Shown here: piece after piece, positions 1-10,800 of the stretch | Layout of the letters: the number at the start of each line of letters is the position of its first letter | Position numbering within the stretch: position 1 is the stretch's first letter | Source: a virus | Strand: one strand, 5' to 3' | IMG/VR virus record: IMGVR_UViG_3300025413_000005 | Length of the DNA stretch: 37,336 nt | Translations under genes and position numbers: made by a program | The notes under the pieces: generated by a model | Databases searched by the model: none | What the model was told of the DNA's origin: nothing | The model's input: the letters and a program-made list of their open reading frames with translations, nothing else

Positions 1-127
1 TCAACCATTCGCAGTTACTACAGCAACGGCGATTACAACCCTACTGACAACGGCACAGCAACCGGATTGGGTGGAGGGTATCAAATCCTTCCTTACTTCC
101 GTGTGCGCTTTGTGGCCGGTTCAGGCA
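1..127. repeat. Terminal overlap copy A (identical to 37210-37336)
   Basis: Base-for-base identity read directly: tcaaccattcgcagttactacagc...gtggccggttcaggca at both ends. Confidence 0.97.
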
Positions 128-1590
128 CCCCGTCTTATTCGCCTCGGTGCATGTTCCAAGTCATCAATCCCACCCTTTCAGGGTTTGTAAAAATCACGGG
201 ATTTACCGACCAGCAAACAGTCACCGCCACGGTTATCGCTCCGATCATCGGAACCGGCCCAACTTCCCTGTGGCGCGAGGGCGCCTTTAGCTCGATTCAG
301 GGATACCCCAACACGGTTGTTCTCCATGAAACCCGTGTTGTTTTTGGCGGAACATCCCTTGCCCCTAATAAAATCTGGGGCAGTTATGTCGGAGATTTTG
401 AAAACTTCAAGCAGGGCGCCAATGACTCTGACTCGTATTCTTTCGCGCTGGCATCTCAATCTCAGGGGCGCATCCAGTGGATGATTTCCAAGATCGCGCT
501 TCTCATCGGAACGACTGCCGATGAATGGTACATCTCTTCGACTACTCAGGGATCACCCATCACCCCGGCAAGCGTCTACGCCCAAAAACAATCGCACTAC
601 GGGAGCGCCCCCTTCCCGGCGTTTATCGTCAATGACACGACGCTTTACGTCCAGCGCATGGGGCGAAAGATTCGCGAGTTCCTCTATACCTGGCAGTCTC
701 AAACGTGGGTTTCAAATGACCTGACGGCGCTTTCCTCTCACATTTCGCTTCAAGGCATCCAAGAGCTTGCTTACCAGCGTGTGCCGGACGCCATTCTTTG
801 GTTCATTCGCGGGGATGGAACCCTGTGCGCCATGACCTATGAGCGCGAACAACAGGTCTCCGGATTCTCCAGGATGCTCACCAACCCGGACAATGGGGAC
901 TTTTTCGAGAGCATTTGCACGATTAACTCCAGCGCCGGGGAAGATGAAATCTGGTTGCTGGTTAATCGCACCATCAACGGCACCACGGCCCGCTACATCG
1001 AGCGATTTGCCACCGGCCAGCGCGATGCCCTGGATTCGATCAATTACGCCTCCTATTGGTATCTTGACGCCGCCAAGAGCTATTCTTTTGGTTCACCAAC
1101 GACCACGATCACCGGCCTCGATCATCTTAACGGTCAAACCGTAAGCGTCTGGGGTGATGGCGCAGTCGTGCCGGTATCTGTTACAACCCCCAAGGTTTCA
1201 GGCGGATCAATTACCCTAGGCACGCCCGTAAATAATTGCGTGGTTGGCCTTCCCTACACTTCAACCGTAGTGCCTGAAACTCTTTACCGCGATCTTCAGG
1301 ATGGCACCTCATCGGGGCGCAGGATGAGAATCGCAACGCTGAACGTGCGCCTCTATAACACTTTTGGAGGGGAATCCTCTCAAGACGGCGTTACCTGGTT
1401 CCCGATGAAAATCCGCTCTGTTGGTGATGCCCTGGATGCTTCCCCTGTTGCCTTTGACGGTTACAGGAGGGTTTCTTTGGCTGGAAATTGGCGCGATGGC
1501 TCGGATCTTTACTTGAGAAGTAGCCTTCCAGCTCCTTTTACAGTGGCGGCCGTGGTTGGGGCATGGGAATCCACCGAACAAGGGCAATAA
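1..1590 (+). CDS. Tail tubular protein B / nozzle-like protein, C-terminal part of the gene that starts at 36088 (wraps the junction)
   Basis: Frame 1 is open from nt 1; the track lists 67..1590 only because it requires a start. It is in phase with the ORF open at 37336 through the 127-nt overlap. It follows the tail tubular A-like gene, as in T7 (gp11-gp12). Confidence 0.8.
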   Translation, partial: STIRSYYSNGDYNPTDNGTATGLGGGYQILPYFRVRFVAGSGTPSYSPRCMFQVINPTLSGFVKITGFTDQQTVTATVIAPIIGTGPTSLWREGAFSSIQGYPNTVVLHETRVVFGGTSLAPNKIWGSYVGDFENFKQGANDSDSYSFALASQSQGRIQWMISKIALLIGTTADEWYISSTTQGSPITPASVYAQKQSHYGSAPFPAFIVNDTTLYVQRMGRKIREFLYTWQSQTWVSNDLTALSSHISLQGIQELAYQRVPDAILWFIRGDGTLCAMTYEREQQVSGFSRMLTNPDNGDFFESICTINSSAGEDEIWLLVNRTINGTTARYIERFATGQRDALDSINYASYWYLDAAKSYSFGSPTTTITGLDHLNGQTVSVWGDGAVVPVSVTTPKVSGGSITLGTPVNNCVVGLPYTSTVVPETLYRDLQDGTSSGRRMRIATLNVRLYNTFGGESSQDGVTWFPMKIRSVGDALDASPVAFDGYRRVSLAGNWRDGSDLYLRSSLPAPFTVAAVVGAWESTEQGQ

Positions 1591-1630
1591 AGCCCTTCCC
1601 AAGCTCAGAAATCCATGATACCGATTTTAC

Positions 1631-2077
1631 ATGGATCAAAAGAGTAAAATGGACATCTTAAGCAAGATGGATATTTTTGAAGCGGAGCTATCAGAACTCC
1701 CTCAGGTTCATCTTCCTTTGATTCATCGTTTCACGCCCGGAATGTATGTCCGGGAAATTTTCATGCCGGCTGGGTGTTTTGTAACCACTCGCACCCACAA
1801 AACAGAACATCCGTATGTGGTCTTAAGTGGAGTAGCGGAAATCATCGACGAGAAGGGGAATAGTGAAATTGTGAGCGCTGGCCATATTGGGATTACCAAG
1901 CCAGGAACACGCCGCGTCTTAAAAATCCACAAGGATTGCCGGTGGCTAACTTTTCATGCCACGGAGGCAACAGACCCCGACGAAATCGCCGAGGAGATCA
2001 CAGAAAGCACTAACCCGCTTTTGAGGAAATCGTTCCAACAAATCTGTTTTGAGCGTCGGCAGACGCTTCCTGACTAA
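1631..2077 (+). CDS. Small cupin-like beta-barrel protein in the gp13 (internal virion protein) position
   Basis: 148-aa ORF. PGMYVREIFMPAGCFVTTRTHKTEHPYVVLSGVAEIIDEKG...GITKPGTRRV resembles a cupin His/Glu beta-barrel motif (weak, by eye). It lies between the tail tubular B gene and the internal virion genes. Confidence 0.5.
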   Translation: MDQKSKMDILSKMDIFEAELSELPQVHLPLIHRFTPGMYVREIFMPAGCFVTTRTHKTEHPYVVLSGVAEIIDEKGNSEIVSAGHIGITKPGTRRVLKIHKDCRWLTFHATEATDPDEIAEEITESTNPLLRKSFQQICFERRQTLPD

Positions 2078-2847
2078 TGGCTTTCGGCGTCACGGCAGTT
2101 GTTTCGGCAGGCTCAGCGCTGGTTTCCGCCGGTGTAGGGATTGCTGGCGGGATTATGTCTTCCAACGCTCAAAGGACAGCTGCCGCGAATAATGCTTACC
2201 TTTCACAAAAAGAAGCGGACGCCACCCTTGCCGTTTCGACCTATCAAAACAACCTGAACAAGGCCGTTGCTTTATCGAATGCCAGCGTGGCTGATCAAAA
2301 CGCCAATGTTTATCACTCGGCGGCCAGGACGACCGAAAACCTTGGATTTGAGCAGGAAACCCGAGACCTGATGAATCAGGACATGCAGCAATCAGGCGTG
2401 CGTGCTGAGTATGGCGCAAGTGGTGTCCAAGGGGACACAGGAAGCCCTCTTTCGGTTGCCGAGCATCAAGGCTACGTCGCGCAACTTCACCGCATGGACA
2501 CGGCGTATCAAACCAACGTCGCCGCCATGGATAAAGATTGGCAAGGCGCTCTTTCGACGTACCAGGCCTCATTAGATCGCGAATTGGCCACTCAATACGA
2601 TTACGCGAACCAGATGGCTCAATGGCAACACATTGCTGCTTACGCTGGCGCTGCGGTTCAGCAACAAACCGCTGATTCTCAAGCCACAGCCGCACTTATT
2701 GGTCAAGTTGGGCAAACCATCGGCCAAGTCGGGTCAGCTTTTGAAAATTACGGAATGGCTTCCTATAGGGCTTCTTCATACGGAGCCGGTGCCATTGGAG
2801 GCGGATACTATCAGCCCGGCATGAGTGTGCTGGTTCCTAATCGATAA
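2077..2847 (+). CDS. Putative internal virion/ejection protein (gp14 position)
   Basis: 256-aa ORF with TAATG overlap to the previous gene. Hydrophobic Gly/Ala-rich N-terminus (AFGVTAVVSAGSALVSAGVGIAGGIM), then a Q/A/N-rich helical region. Assigned by position in the T7-like gene order. Confidence 0.5.
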   Translation: MAFGVTAVVSAGSALVSAGVGIAGGIMSSNAQRTAAANNAYLSQKEADATLAVSTYQNNLNKAVALSNASVADQNANVYHSAARTTENLGFEQETRDLMNQDMQQSGVRAEYGASGVQGDTGSPLSVAEHQGYVAQLHRMDTAYQTNVAAMDKDWQGALSTYQASLDRELATQYDYANQMAQWQHIAAYAGAAVQQQTADSQATAALIGQVGQTIGQVGSAFENYGMASYRASSYGAGAIGGGYYQPGMSVLVPNR

Positions 2848-2850
2848 AAT

Positions 2851-4839
2851 ATGGCCAACATTCCTCTCTCAGAAATTCCCAACGCCCCGACGGCCGTTTT
2901 TACTCCGATCGCCGATCCCCATTACCAGGGCGACGTTGTAGGTGATCAGGCAAAGGCCGATATCCGACAAGGCTACCAAGCCAGCATGGTCAACCCCGAG
3001 GCTGCCGGAACGCTCGGGCGCGGCCTGACTCAACTCGGGGCCGGAATAGATAGGGGTCTTTCGGGGATTTCTTCTGGAATGCTTTTTCAAGATGCAGCAA
3101 ACCGCAGGCAACAGCTTGAAAGAGCTTCTGTTACAGGCATTCAGAAATTTTATCAAAACCAAGCCACTGTTCAAAATAACTACAGCGATTTAATGCAGGG
3201 GCAAGACCCCAAAATGGCTAGCGCTATGTGGCTTAAAGCGGCCGGCCAGCGCGGTGAAAATCTTCTTCAGGGCATGGATGAGTACGAGCAGTACGCCATG
3301 ACTCATAACGCGATGCACGTTTGGGGTACAGGCCTTATTAACTCTAACCAACAGGCTCGCAATCAGTTTCACCTTGAAACCGAAACGACAGCCAGGACCA
3401 CCCAAAACGACCTAGTCAAAGCCGAGAGATTTCCTGATGCGGTGAAGAATGCTGATGCCGCCTTGGCCAACAGAACAATTTCACCTCAGGAGCATCAAGT
3501 ATGGATGGACGGCATCCAAACCGCCCAACAGTTCTCGGGCCTACGCGACAAGGTTGCCTATGCCATTGGCAACGTCCGTGCCACCGGGACGCTTCCCGCG
3601 GATCAGCAAAGCGACGAGGCGGGGCTTTCCAACCAGCAATCCAAGCAATTCCTCCAACAGGTTCAAGATTCTTTTGTGGAAGGAAAGCCTCTTCCTGGTT
3701 TTGAAAAGTTGGGCGCCAAAGATATTTCAGCCGCTTACAAAATCGGCAGCTACCTTGATAATCAAAGCATGAATGCAGCGCAAGATAGCGCCATGGCACG
3801 CATTCAATCGGGCGGAAAGATTTCGCCCGATGATCTTCCCAAGCTTCCCGAGTGGAATCAAATGGATCAATCCCGGCAGCAGGCGGTGAGAGAAAGCCTC
3901 AACAATTACCGATACGGGACTCCGGAAGCTGCTGCTGATCGCGCTGAAATCTTAACCAACATTCAGAATTTCCCCACAAGCAAAGACCCGCTTCAGGAGG
4001 CTACCGACATTCGCAACAGCGCGATTGCCAAAATGCCTGATGACGATCAGCGAAAAGACGTCCTTGGCATTCTTGATTCCAAAATCAAGGAGATGAAAAG
4101 CAACGGCGGAAATCTCACGCCTCAGACTCAGGTGCATCAGTGGCTTTCCCAAAGCCTTACCCAGATGCTCAAAAACAATGCTTTTGGCGCGTATGACCCC
4201 GACCTTAAAGGAGGCACGCCCGATCAGCTCAAAAAGAATCTTTCTGCCCTGAATGTCAAAGAGGACGTTTACGAGGCGGTGCTGGCAAAGAATCCCAAGA
4301 CCCGCCTTGAGGCCCAAAAGTACCTTGATGACATGACGCGGCAATTCCGTGCGGGAGCGGCAGCCGGAGGAGGTGCATCCCAGCCACCCCAGCAAACGCC
4401 CCTAAAACCAGCTTCCTGGTGGAGCAATTTCCACACGAGCAATGATGGGTGGAACAGTGGAACGTCCACTTGGTTCGGAACATCTCCCGAGGGAAAGCCT
4501 GATCCTGAAGACAATGGAAACGGCAAATACGCCGGAACCAAGACAAGAGATCCCAATTTCCAAGGCGCTTCTCTTTCTGATGCGGTCCTGAGGGCTCATG
4601 GAATTGACCCCGAGAACAAGGATCAGGTTGCCCAGCACGAAGTTGAAGTTCGCAACGGCGACAAGACCGTCCGCGTGCCGATTGCCGACCTGGGACCGGC
4701 TAAACGGGTGGAGGCCCGCCAAGGAACCACCGTTGACCTTACTGGCGCTGTTCACAGGGCGCTTGCCCTCAAGAGCGATCAATACGAGCACGGCGCTCCG
4801 ATTCAATGGCGCATCGTCCCGAAAAATTCCAACGCCTAA
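2851..4839 (+). CDS. Internal virion protein (gp15 position) with C-terminal RlpA-like double-psi beta-barrel (lytic transglycosylase-type) domain
   Basis: 662-aa ORF. The C-terminus STWFG...GASLSDAVLRAHG...VEVRNGDKTVRVPIADLGP...TVDLTGAVHRAL follows the RlpA/DPBB pattern (SWYG ... VxVxNxxNGxxVxVxVxDRGP ... IDLSxAA). Confidence 0.65.
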   Translation: MANIPLSEIPNAPTAVFTPIADPHYQGDVVGDQAKADIRQGYQASMVNPEAAGTLGRGLTQLGAGIDRGLSGISSGMLFQDAANRRQQLERASVTGIQKFYQNQATVQNNYSDLMQGQDPKMASAMWLKAAGQRGENLLQGMDEYEQYAMTHNAMHVWGTGLINSNQQARNQFHLETETTARTTQNDLVKAERFPDAVKNADAALANRTISPQEHQVWMDGIQTAQQFSGLRDKVAYAIGNVRATGTLPADQQSDEAGLSNQQSKQFLQQVQDSFVEGKPLPGFEKLGAKDISAAYKIGSYLDNQSMNAAQDSAMARIQSGGKISPDDLPKLPEWNQMDQSRQQAVRESLNNYRYGTPEAAADRAEILTNIQNFPTSKDPLQEATDIRNSAIAKMPDDDQRKDVLGILDSKIKEMKSNGGNLTPQTQVHQWLSQSLTQMLKNNAFGAYDPDLKGGTPDQLKKNLSALNVKEDVYEAVLAKNPKTRLEAQKYLDDMTRQFRAGAAAGGGASQPPQQTPLKPASWWSNFHTSNDGWNSGTSTWFGTSPEGKPDPEDNGNGKYAGTKTRDPNFQGASLSDAVLRAHGIDPENKDQVAQHEVEVRNGDKTVRVPIADLGPAKRVEARQGTTVDLTGAVHRALALKSDQYEHGAPIQWRIVPKNSNA

Positions 4840-4842
4840 CCC

Positions 4843-7800
4843 ATGCCTGATCCCGTTATGCCCGACCTTCCCATGGTCGAAAATCAAAGCCCCACAATCA
4901 ACTTGGGGCCTGATCAGTTCCATTTTGACCCCGTAGAAGCGGCCAATCAGTCGGCGGGAATGGCCCCCCAGCCCATTCATAATCCCGATTTTGCGTCCCA
5001 TCCGGAGCGCGATACGGTCCGCGCCGTCCTTAATGATCGCGCCAACCTTGGCGGAAAGCTCCCGCAAGCAGTCACCGATTCCAAGACCGATGACAATCCC
5101 CAGGATTTCCGAGACATGGCCGCCAACATCAAGGCAATGTCTTTTTATAGCGGAAAGGATACCGCTGAGATTTCCCCCAACTACGAGCAGGAGAAACAGA
5201 ATTTCGTAAAAGCACAGGGTTGGGACATGCCCAACTCAGAAGGGGCCTTTAATGGCCAGCTACGCGATTTTTTCAACACTCAGGACGCCCGACAGCAAGC
5301 GATTGAGGATCTTCATTCTAGGGCGATCCTGGACGCCGGAAAGGGCATTTCCTCCGATGAGGCGCTTCAAACATCCTGGCAAGAATGGAACACGCAACAT
5401 GCATCAGCCCTTGCCGGAGTTCCCGAGGCTGAGGCTTTTAGCGCCTGGAAAAAAGGTTACTGGAACAACCTCCAACAGCTTCAGGGCGAGCATCACGACC
5501 TTGCCCAGCAAATCGTTGATTTGTACGGCAACTTTCCTAAAGGCGAGCAGGAAGCCCAAGGGGTGAAGCAGTTGGCGGCCATAACGGCCGAGTCGGCAAA
5601 AGCACCGCTTGGCCTAGCTGGCGATCAGCCCGCCTTAAAAGCCCAGCAAACCGAGGATCAGCAAAAGGAAGAGCTTATCACCAAGCTTCAATCCCTGCCC
5701 CCGGAGGAACGCCAAAAGGTTTATCACCGCGCCGCCGCCCTGGAGAAAGCCAAGAACCCGGACAATTTCGGCATGGCCACGAGCCTTTACAGCATGGGAC
5801 AGGCAGCCGGGCGTTCGATGGATTGGCTTTCTCCTTCCGCTCCTGACGTATCGACTCCTCGTGGACGCGTTGCCTTGGAACTTCAGCACGCCGCCAGAGA
5901 CATCGTAAATCCCCTCCCCTATTCTGACGTCAATGCCTTGGACGCAACCAAAAAAGGCCTTCCAATCATTGGAACCCAAGTGGGCCAGGGTTTGGCTGGG
6001 GCTGTCCCGACGATTGGAGCTTTTGCACTCACGGGGGAATACGGCGGATTGGCCTACATGCTGGCTCAAACCTCGCTAGAAAACCGCGACCGGCTGCTTA
6101 TCAACAATCCCAGCATGACGCCCAAGGAAGCCCTTTCTTTTGGCTATCTGATGGCTGTTCCCGTCGTCGCACTTCAGTCGATTACCTTCATGGGCCTCAA
6201 GGGGGCTTTCCCATCCCTAGAAAAAGCCCTGGCTGATTGGGGTGCCGGAAAGATGTTTTTTGCTAACACGGCGGTTGGAGGTGCGGCCTTCAGTGCTTCG
6301 GAAATCGCTTCAAATCTGGCTGATTCCGCCATTCATGCCCTGAATGCAGAGTGGAATCCTGATGCCAGCGTCAAAAAGGGACTCAAAGAAACCCTTCTCA
6401 ACGCCCCTCAAGATTTTGCAATGGCCGCAGCCTTTGCCCTGCTTCACATTGGGCACAAGCCCGATACCGAAGCAGGAAAGAAACAAGCTGATCAGGCAAT
6501 GGCCGACGTCCAGAAGCCCGACGCCCCCAAGATGGTCACAACCGCCGATGGGGCTAAGGTCATTATTGCCCACGACGAAAAAGGCCAGCCCAAAGAGGTT
6601 TTCAAGACCAAGGATCCCGAGGTGGCCGCTTCCGCCCTGGAGATCGTCCACGACGAGCAAAGGCGCAACACAGACACCCCCACTCCTAAAAGCAAATGGA
6701 CCGGGGTAACGGACGATGCCAACGACGTGGCCAACGACGCGGCTAACTTCAACCTATCCAAAGATGATCAATCCCAAACTTCTAATGGAGAAAAAGGAGA
6801 CTTGACCAATTCCGCGACGGACGGAAAATCAAAGAATGCTGAAGCCGAAACATCAGGAACGCTTGCAAATACGGCAGATGCTAGCGAAGCGGGGTTGCCT
6901 ATTAGAACCCTCAATAGCAGTCTTGCATCGGAAAATAAATCGACGCGGGTCACGGCAGCAACTCCCGATCAACTTTCTAAACTTTCGTTAGACCCAAAAT
7001 TCCAGCTAGCAGATCAGTTAGCGGGAATCTTTAAGAAGCGGATCATTGTTTATTCGGGGGATGAAAATGACCCCAACGGAATTACCAGCCAAGCCACTGG
7101 TCTTGATCAATATATTTTCCTGAAGCTCGATGGAGCTAGGCCGCACTTATTTACCCTTGGCCATGAGCTATGGCATCACCTTGAGGCTGATTATAAGGAA
7201 TTAGCCAAATCGCTACGCAAAGAGCTGGCGCCCCTAATTAAGAATTGGGCGCAGATGAACGGAAAGTACCAATCCTACGGCTACAAGCCTCATCGTTTTT
7301 TTGATGAGCATGTTGCCGATTTTCTCGGCGATTCTTTCCAAGACCCAGATTTCCTAAACAACCTTCGCAATCGCAACCCAGAGGCATTCGCAGATTTCAC
7401 CACAAGGGCTCTTGAGTGGCTTAATGGTGTCCTTGAAAAGCTTAAAGGATGGGTCATGGGTGGAACCGATCACATGCGAGACATTCAATCAGCTCGCGAT
7501 ATGCTGGCCGAGGGGCTCGACAAATACCTCAACCAAGATGACAGCCCTATTGTTGGCCGCGACAGTCCTCAATGGTGGAAAGCCGAGCCCCGCGCCACTG
7601 GCGAGCGCCAGACTTTTACAGATGATCCAATCATTGCCTATCTCAATGAGAATAGGATTCGCTCTAAATCTGAGCAGGACAAAAGAAACAAATCCCAAGG
7701 CATCGAAGGAGCCGGGGAATATGACGGAGTTCCCAAGCTCCCCCCAGCCCATAGCTCTAAAATTTATGGGGGAAGTCAGAGCGTAGACCAAGCGCATCAA

Positions 7801-10800
7801 GCCCTTATTGAAGAAGGATACATGCCTGAAGATTCCACGGTCGATGACCTCTGGAATCACATAGCCAAGGCGAGTGAGAGCGCCATCAAGCAAACCAAGG
7901 CTGAAAAAGCTGAAACGGTACGTCAACGAGAAGAAGCAAAGTTTGACAAAGAACTTGCTGATTTACGCGAAAAAGACCCCGTAGAATATCGTAAGCGCCT
8001 TGCGGAGATGGAGCCAGAGGAACAAAAGCGAACCGAGCGAACGCAATTAAGAGAAAGAATGCGCCGCATGGATCGTGAAGACAGAAACTATTTCCAGAAC
8101 GCCAGGGAAGAGGACAAACGGGAAAACGAAGAAACCTTTTCTTTGAAAAACCCTGATGTTCAGGCCTACCTTGATTTAGCTCATGTCCCTGAAGAAAAAA
8201 AAGAGCAGGCCGGAGAAGCTTTTAGCCAAGTCGCCAATGCGTCAACCGCCCCCTACCCAAGGAGCGAAGTATCCGCTTCCGGAGGAGTGGATCGGGACGA
8301 GCTTCGACAAGTCCGCGAAGAACAAGCCGCCGCTTACCGGGGGCTGCTGAAAGGTGATGCCGAGGCGGTTAAAAATGCCATTGAAAACGGCGTGCCGCTT
8401 TCCAAGCTCATTGCCGCGTATGCCAAGGGAGAGGTAACGCCTTTCTCCATCCAAGGGGCAATTATCAATAGCCCCGCAGACTTGGCCGCGCACAATCTAG
8501 CGCACCGAACCCCTTTCTTTGAGAGTCTTAAAGTCGCCGTCCTCGACAACTCTAACCAAGTGATTCATTCGGAATTGATTTCGATTGGATCGCTCAATGA
8601 GTCGATAGCTCACCCGCGCGAAATCATGCGCGCCGTTGAACGTGGAAAACAAGTCGGCTCCGATTTAGGGCGCAAGATTAAAGGTTGGATGCTCATGCAT
8701 AATCATCCAAGCGGAGATCCTACCCCTAGCGAGACCGATAGGAGGCTTACTCGTCGGCTTGATGAGGTGGCCGGCATGATGGAATCCCCCCTTCTGGATC
8801 ATGTCATTACAAACGGGGAAACGTATTTTAGCTTTAATCAAGCAGGGATTAACGGAAGAGGCGTAAGCGGTGATTCGAAGCTGAAGCCAAAACTACAAAC
8901 TATCCCCAAGCCCGAAGACCTTAAAGAAGGCACAATGGCCGATTGGGAAGCCATTCCCGCCGGCGAGGCCCCAAGAATTGAACGTGCCGCAATGGTTCAA
9001 GCAATCAGGGCCACGCTTCAAACGGCTGATCCTGGAATGATTCATGTGCTGAACCTAAACACGCGCCATGGACTTATCAGCGTGGACAGGCACCCGCTCG
9101 ACGTATCCCCTGGAGAAATCCTCAAGCAGTCCTCTAAACACGGAACCTATGCCATAGCGCTTTCTTTCCCTGATACAAGCCCCGAGGGCGTTCCTATGGA
9201 CACGCAGGGCGCAATGGCTGCCTGGAGGCCGTTTGTCCGAAAGATGACCGAAGCGGGTACGCTCTATCAACTTCCACTTGTTGACGCCGTTACCAAGGAG
9301 TTTTCGTGGAGAGAGTCGGGATTGTTAGAGGAGCCTGGTAAATATGGATCAGATAACTCAGTTAATGAGGAAAAAACATATTTTCAAGCAGCGCGACCCG
9401 AGGACGATCACGTTTCCCCGCTTGAAAAGCTCAAGCAGCAAGCAAAAGCAACTTCTGATTACCTTCTCAAGCTCCCGCAAGACACGGCATTTTCTAGGGC
9501 AGTCCTAGACTTGAGCAAGAAGCGCCAGATTTCTACCCAGCAGATTCAGAAAGCTATCAAGGACATTGCAGAGGTGGCAAAGACGCCCGTAGAACGGGAA
9601 GCCCTCTTCAACTACATCGAAGCCAACGGGGACCGTGCAAAGCTCCAAAGGCAGGCCGACGCTACGGCAGACCCCAAGCTGAAAGCCGGTTACGAGGAAG
9701 CCGTCAAGGCATCCCCCGAAATGGTGGAGGTAGCCAAAGAGATTTCCAACGCCTACGCATCCATTTTGGCCCGTCTTCGTAAAGAAGGCTATGATGTCGG
9801 TGAACGCTCCAACTACGCAGGAACCCACCAATATAAAAAAGAACCAGGTGACAAGGCCCCCGTTGCCATCAAGAGGCTTACGGACAACTTCAAGTATGCC
9901 GAGAGGCGTGAGTTTAACACTGCATTTGACGCAGAGCAGGCGGGATTCAATGTCCGCACCAAGGATGCCGCTGAATTGCTGGGATCATATCTGTCCCACG
10001 CCAACGACATCCTCATCAATCGCCAGTTTGTTAAAAGCCTTTTTGGAAGCGGGGCAAAGGCAACCGATGAAAGGGCATTGGTCTCTCCCCGTGGAGGATT
10101 CGGCCAGAAGCCTAGCCCCGATTCCAAAGGTATTTACATTGACCCAGAAAGAGCACAAGTCGGAACGGCAGATTATGTTCCGCTAGATCAACCGGCGCTC
10201 AAAGGCTACCATTTCATTGACCAGAAGCAGAACATCGCGGTCAAAGGTGATTTTGCCGTTCACCCGGAGATTGCGCGGCATATTAACAACATCTTTGGGG
10301 AATCCAAACTGAAGCAGGCGTACAACGACCCGCACCTCAACCCTGCCCTAAAGCCGCTTGTTAAGATCCTACAGGGCGCAGATCTAGCCGGTCAGTATGC
10401 CAAAGCCACCCTTTACTCTGGTCTATCGTTTTTCCACCAAGCTCACGAAGGCTTCAACGTCATATTCCACGGGGTCAATCCGATTGAATACAAGTCTGCC
10501 CCCGACATTGAACATGACCCCCTCGCCCGTGATGCGGCAGAACATGGCGTCCAGTTGGCGCCTGACAGAATGACGCAGGATCAGTTCAAGCAAGAGATCG
10601 GAGAGCAAAGCAAGAGTCTCCTGACAATGGGTCTCCGAGCCGCAAAGCTGAAGCCAACCGATGCGGTAGCCGATTGGATTGACGGGTACACTCATTACCT
10701 TTTCGAAAACTACATCCCAAACATGAAGCTCAAAGCCTATCAGATGGCCCTTGAGCGCAACATGAAGCTTTTTGAAAAAGAATTGGCATCGGGTAAAGTG

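Noticed and set aside
1-127. The 127-nt identical ends as a biological direct terminal repeat of a T7-like genome.
   Set aside because: The repeat falls in the middle of a tail gene and keeps its reading frame continuous, which is what an assembly overlap of a circular or permuted genome produces. A true terminal repeat remains possible only if read-end data show it.
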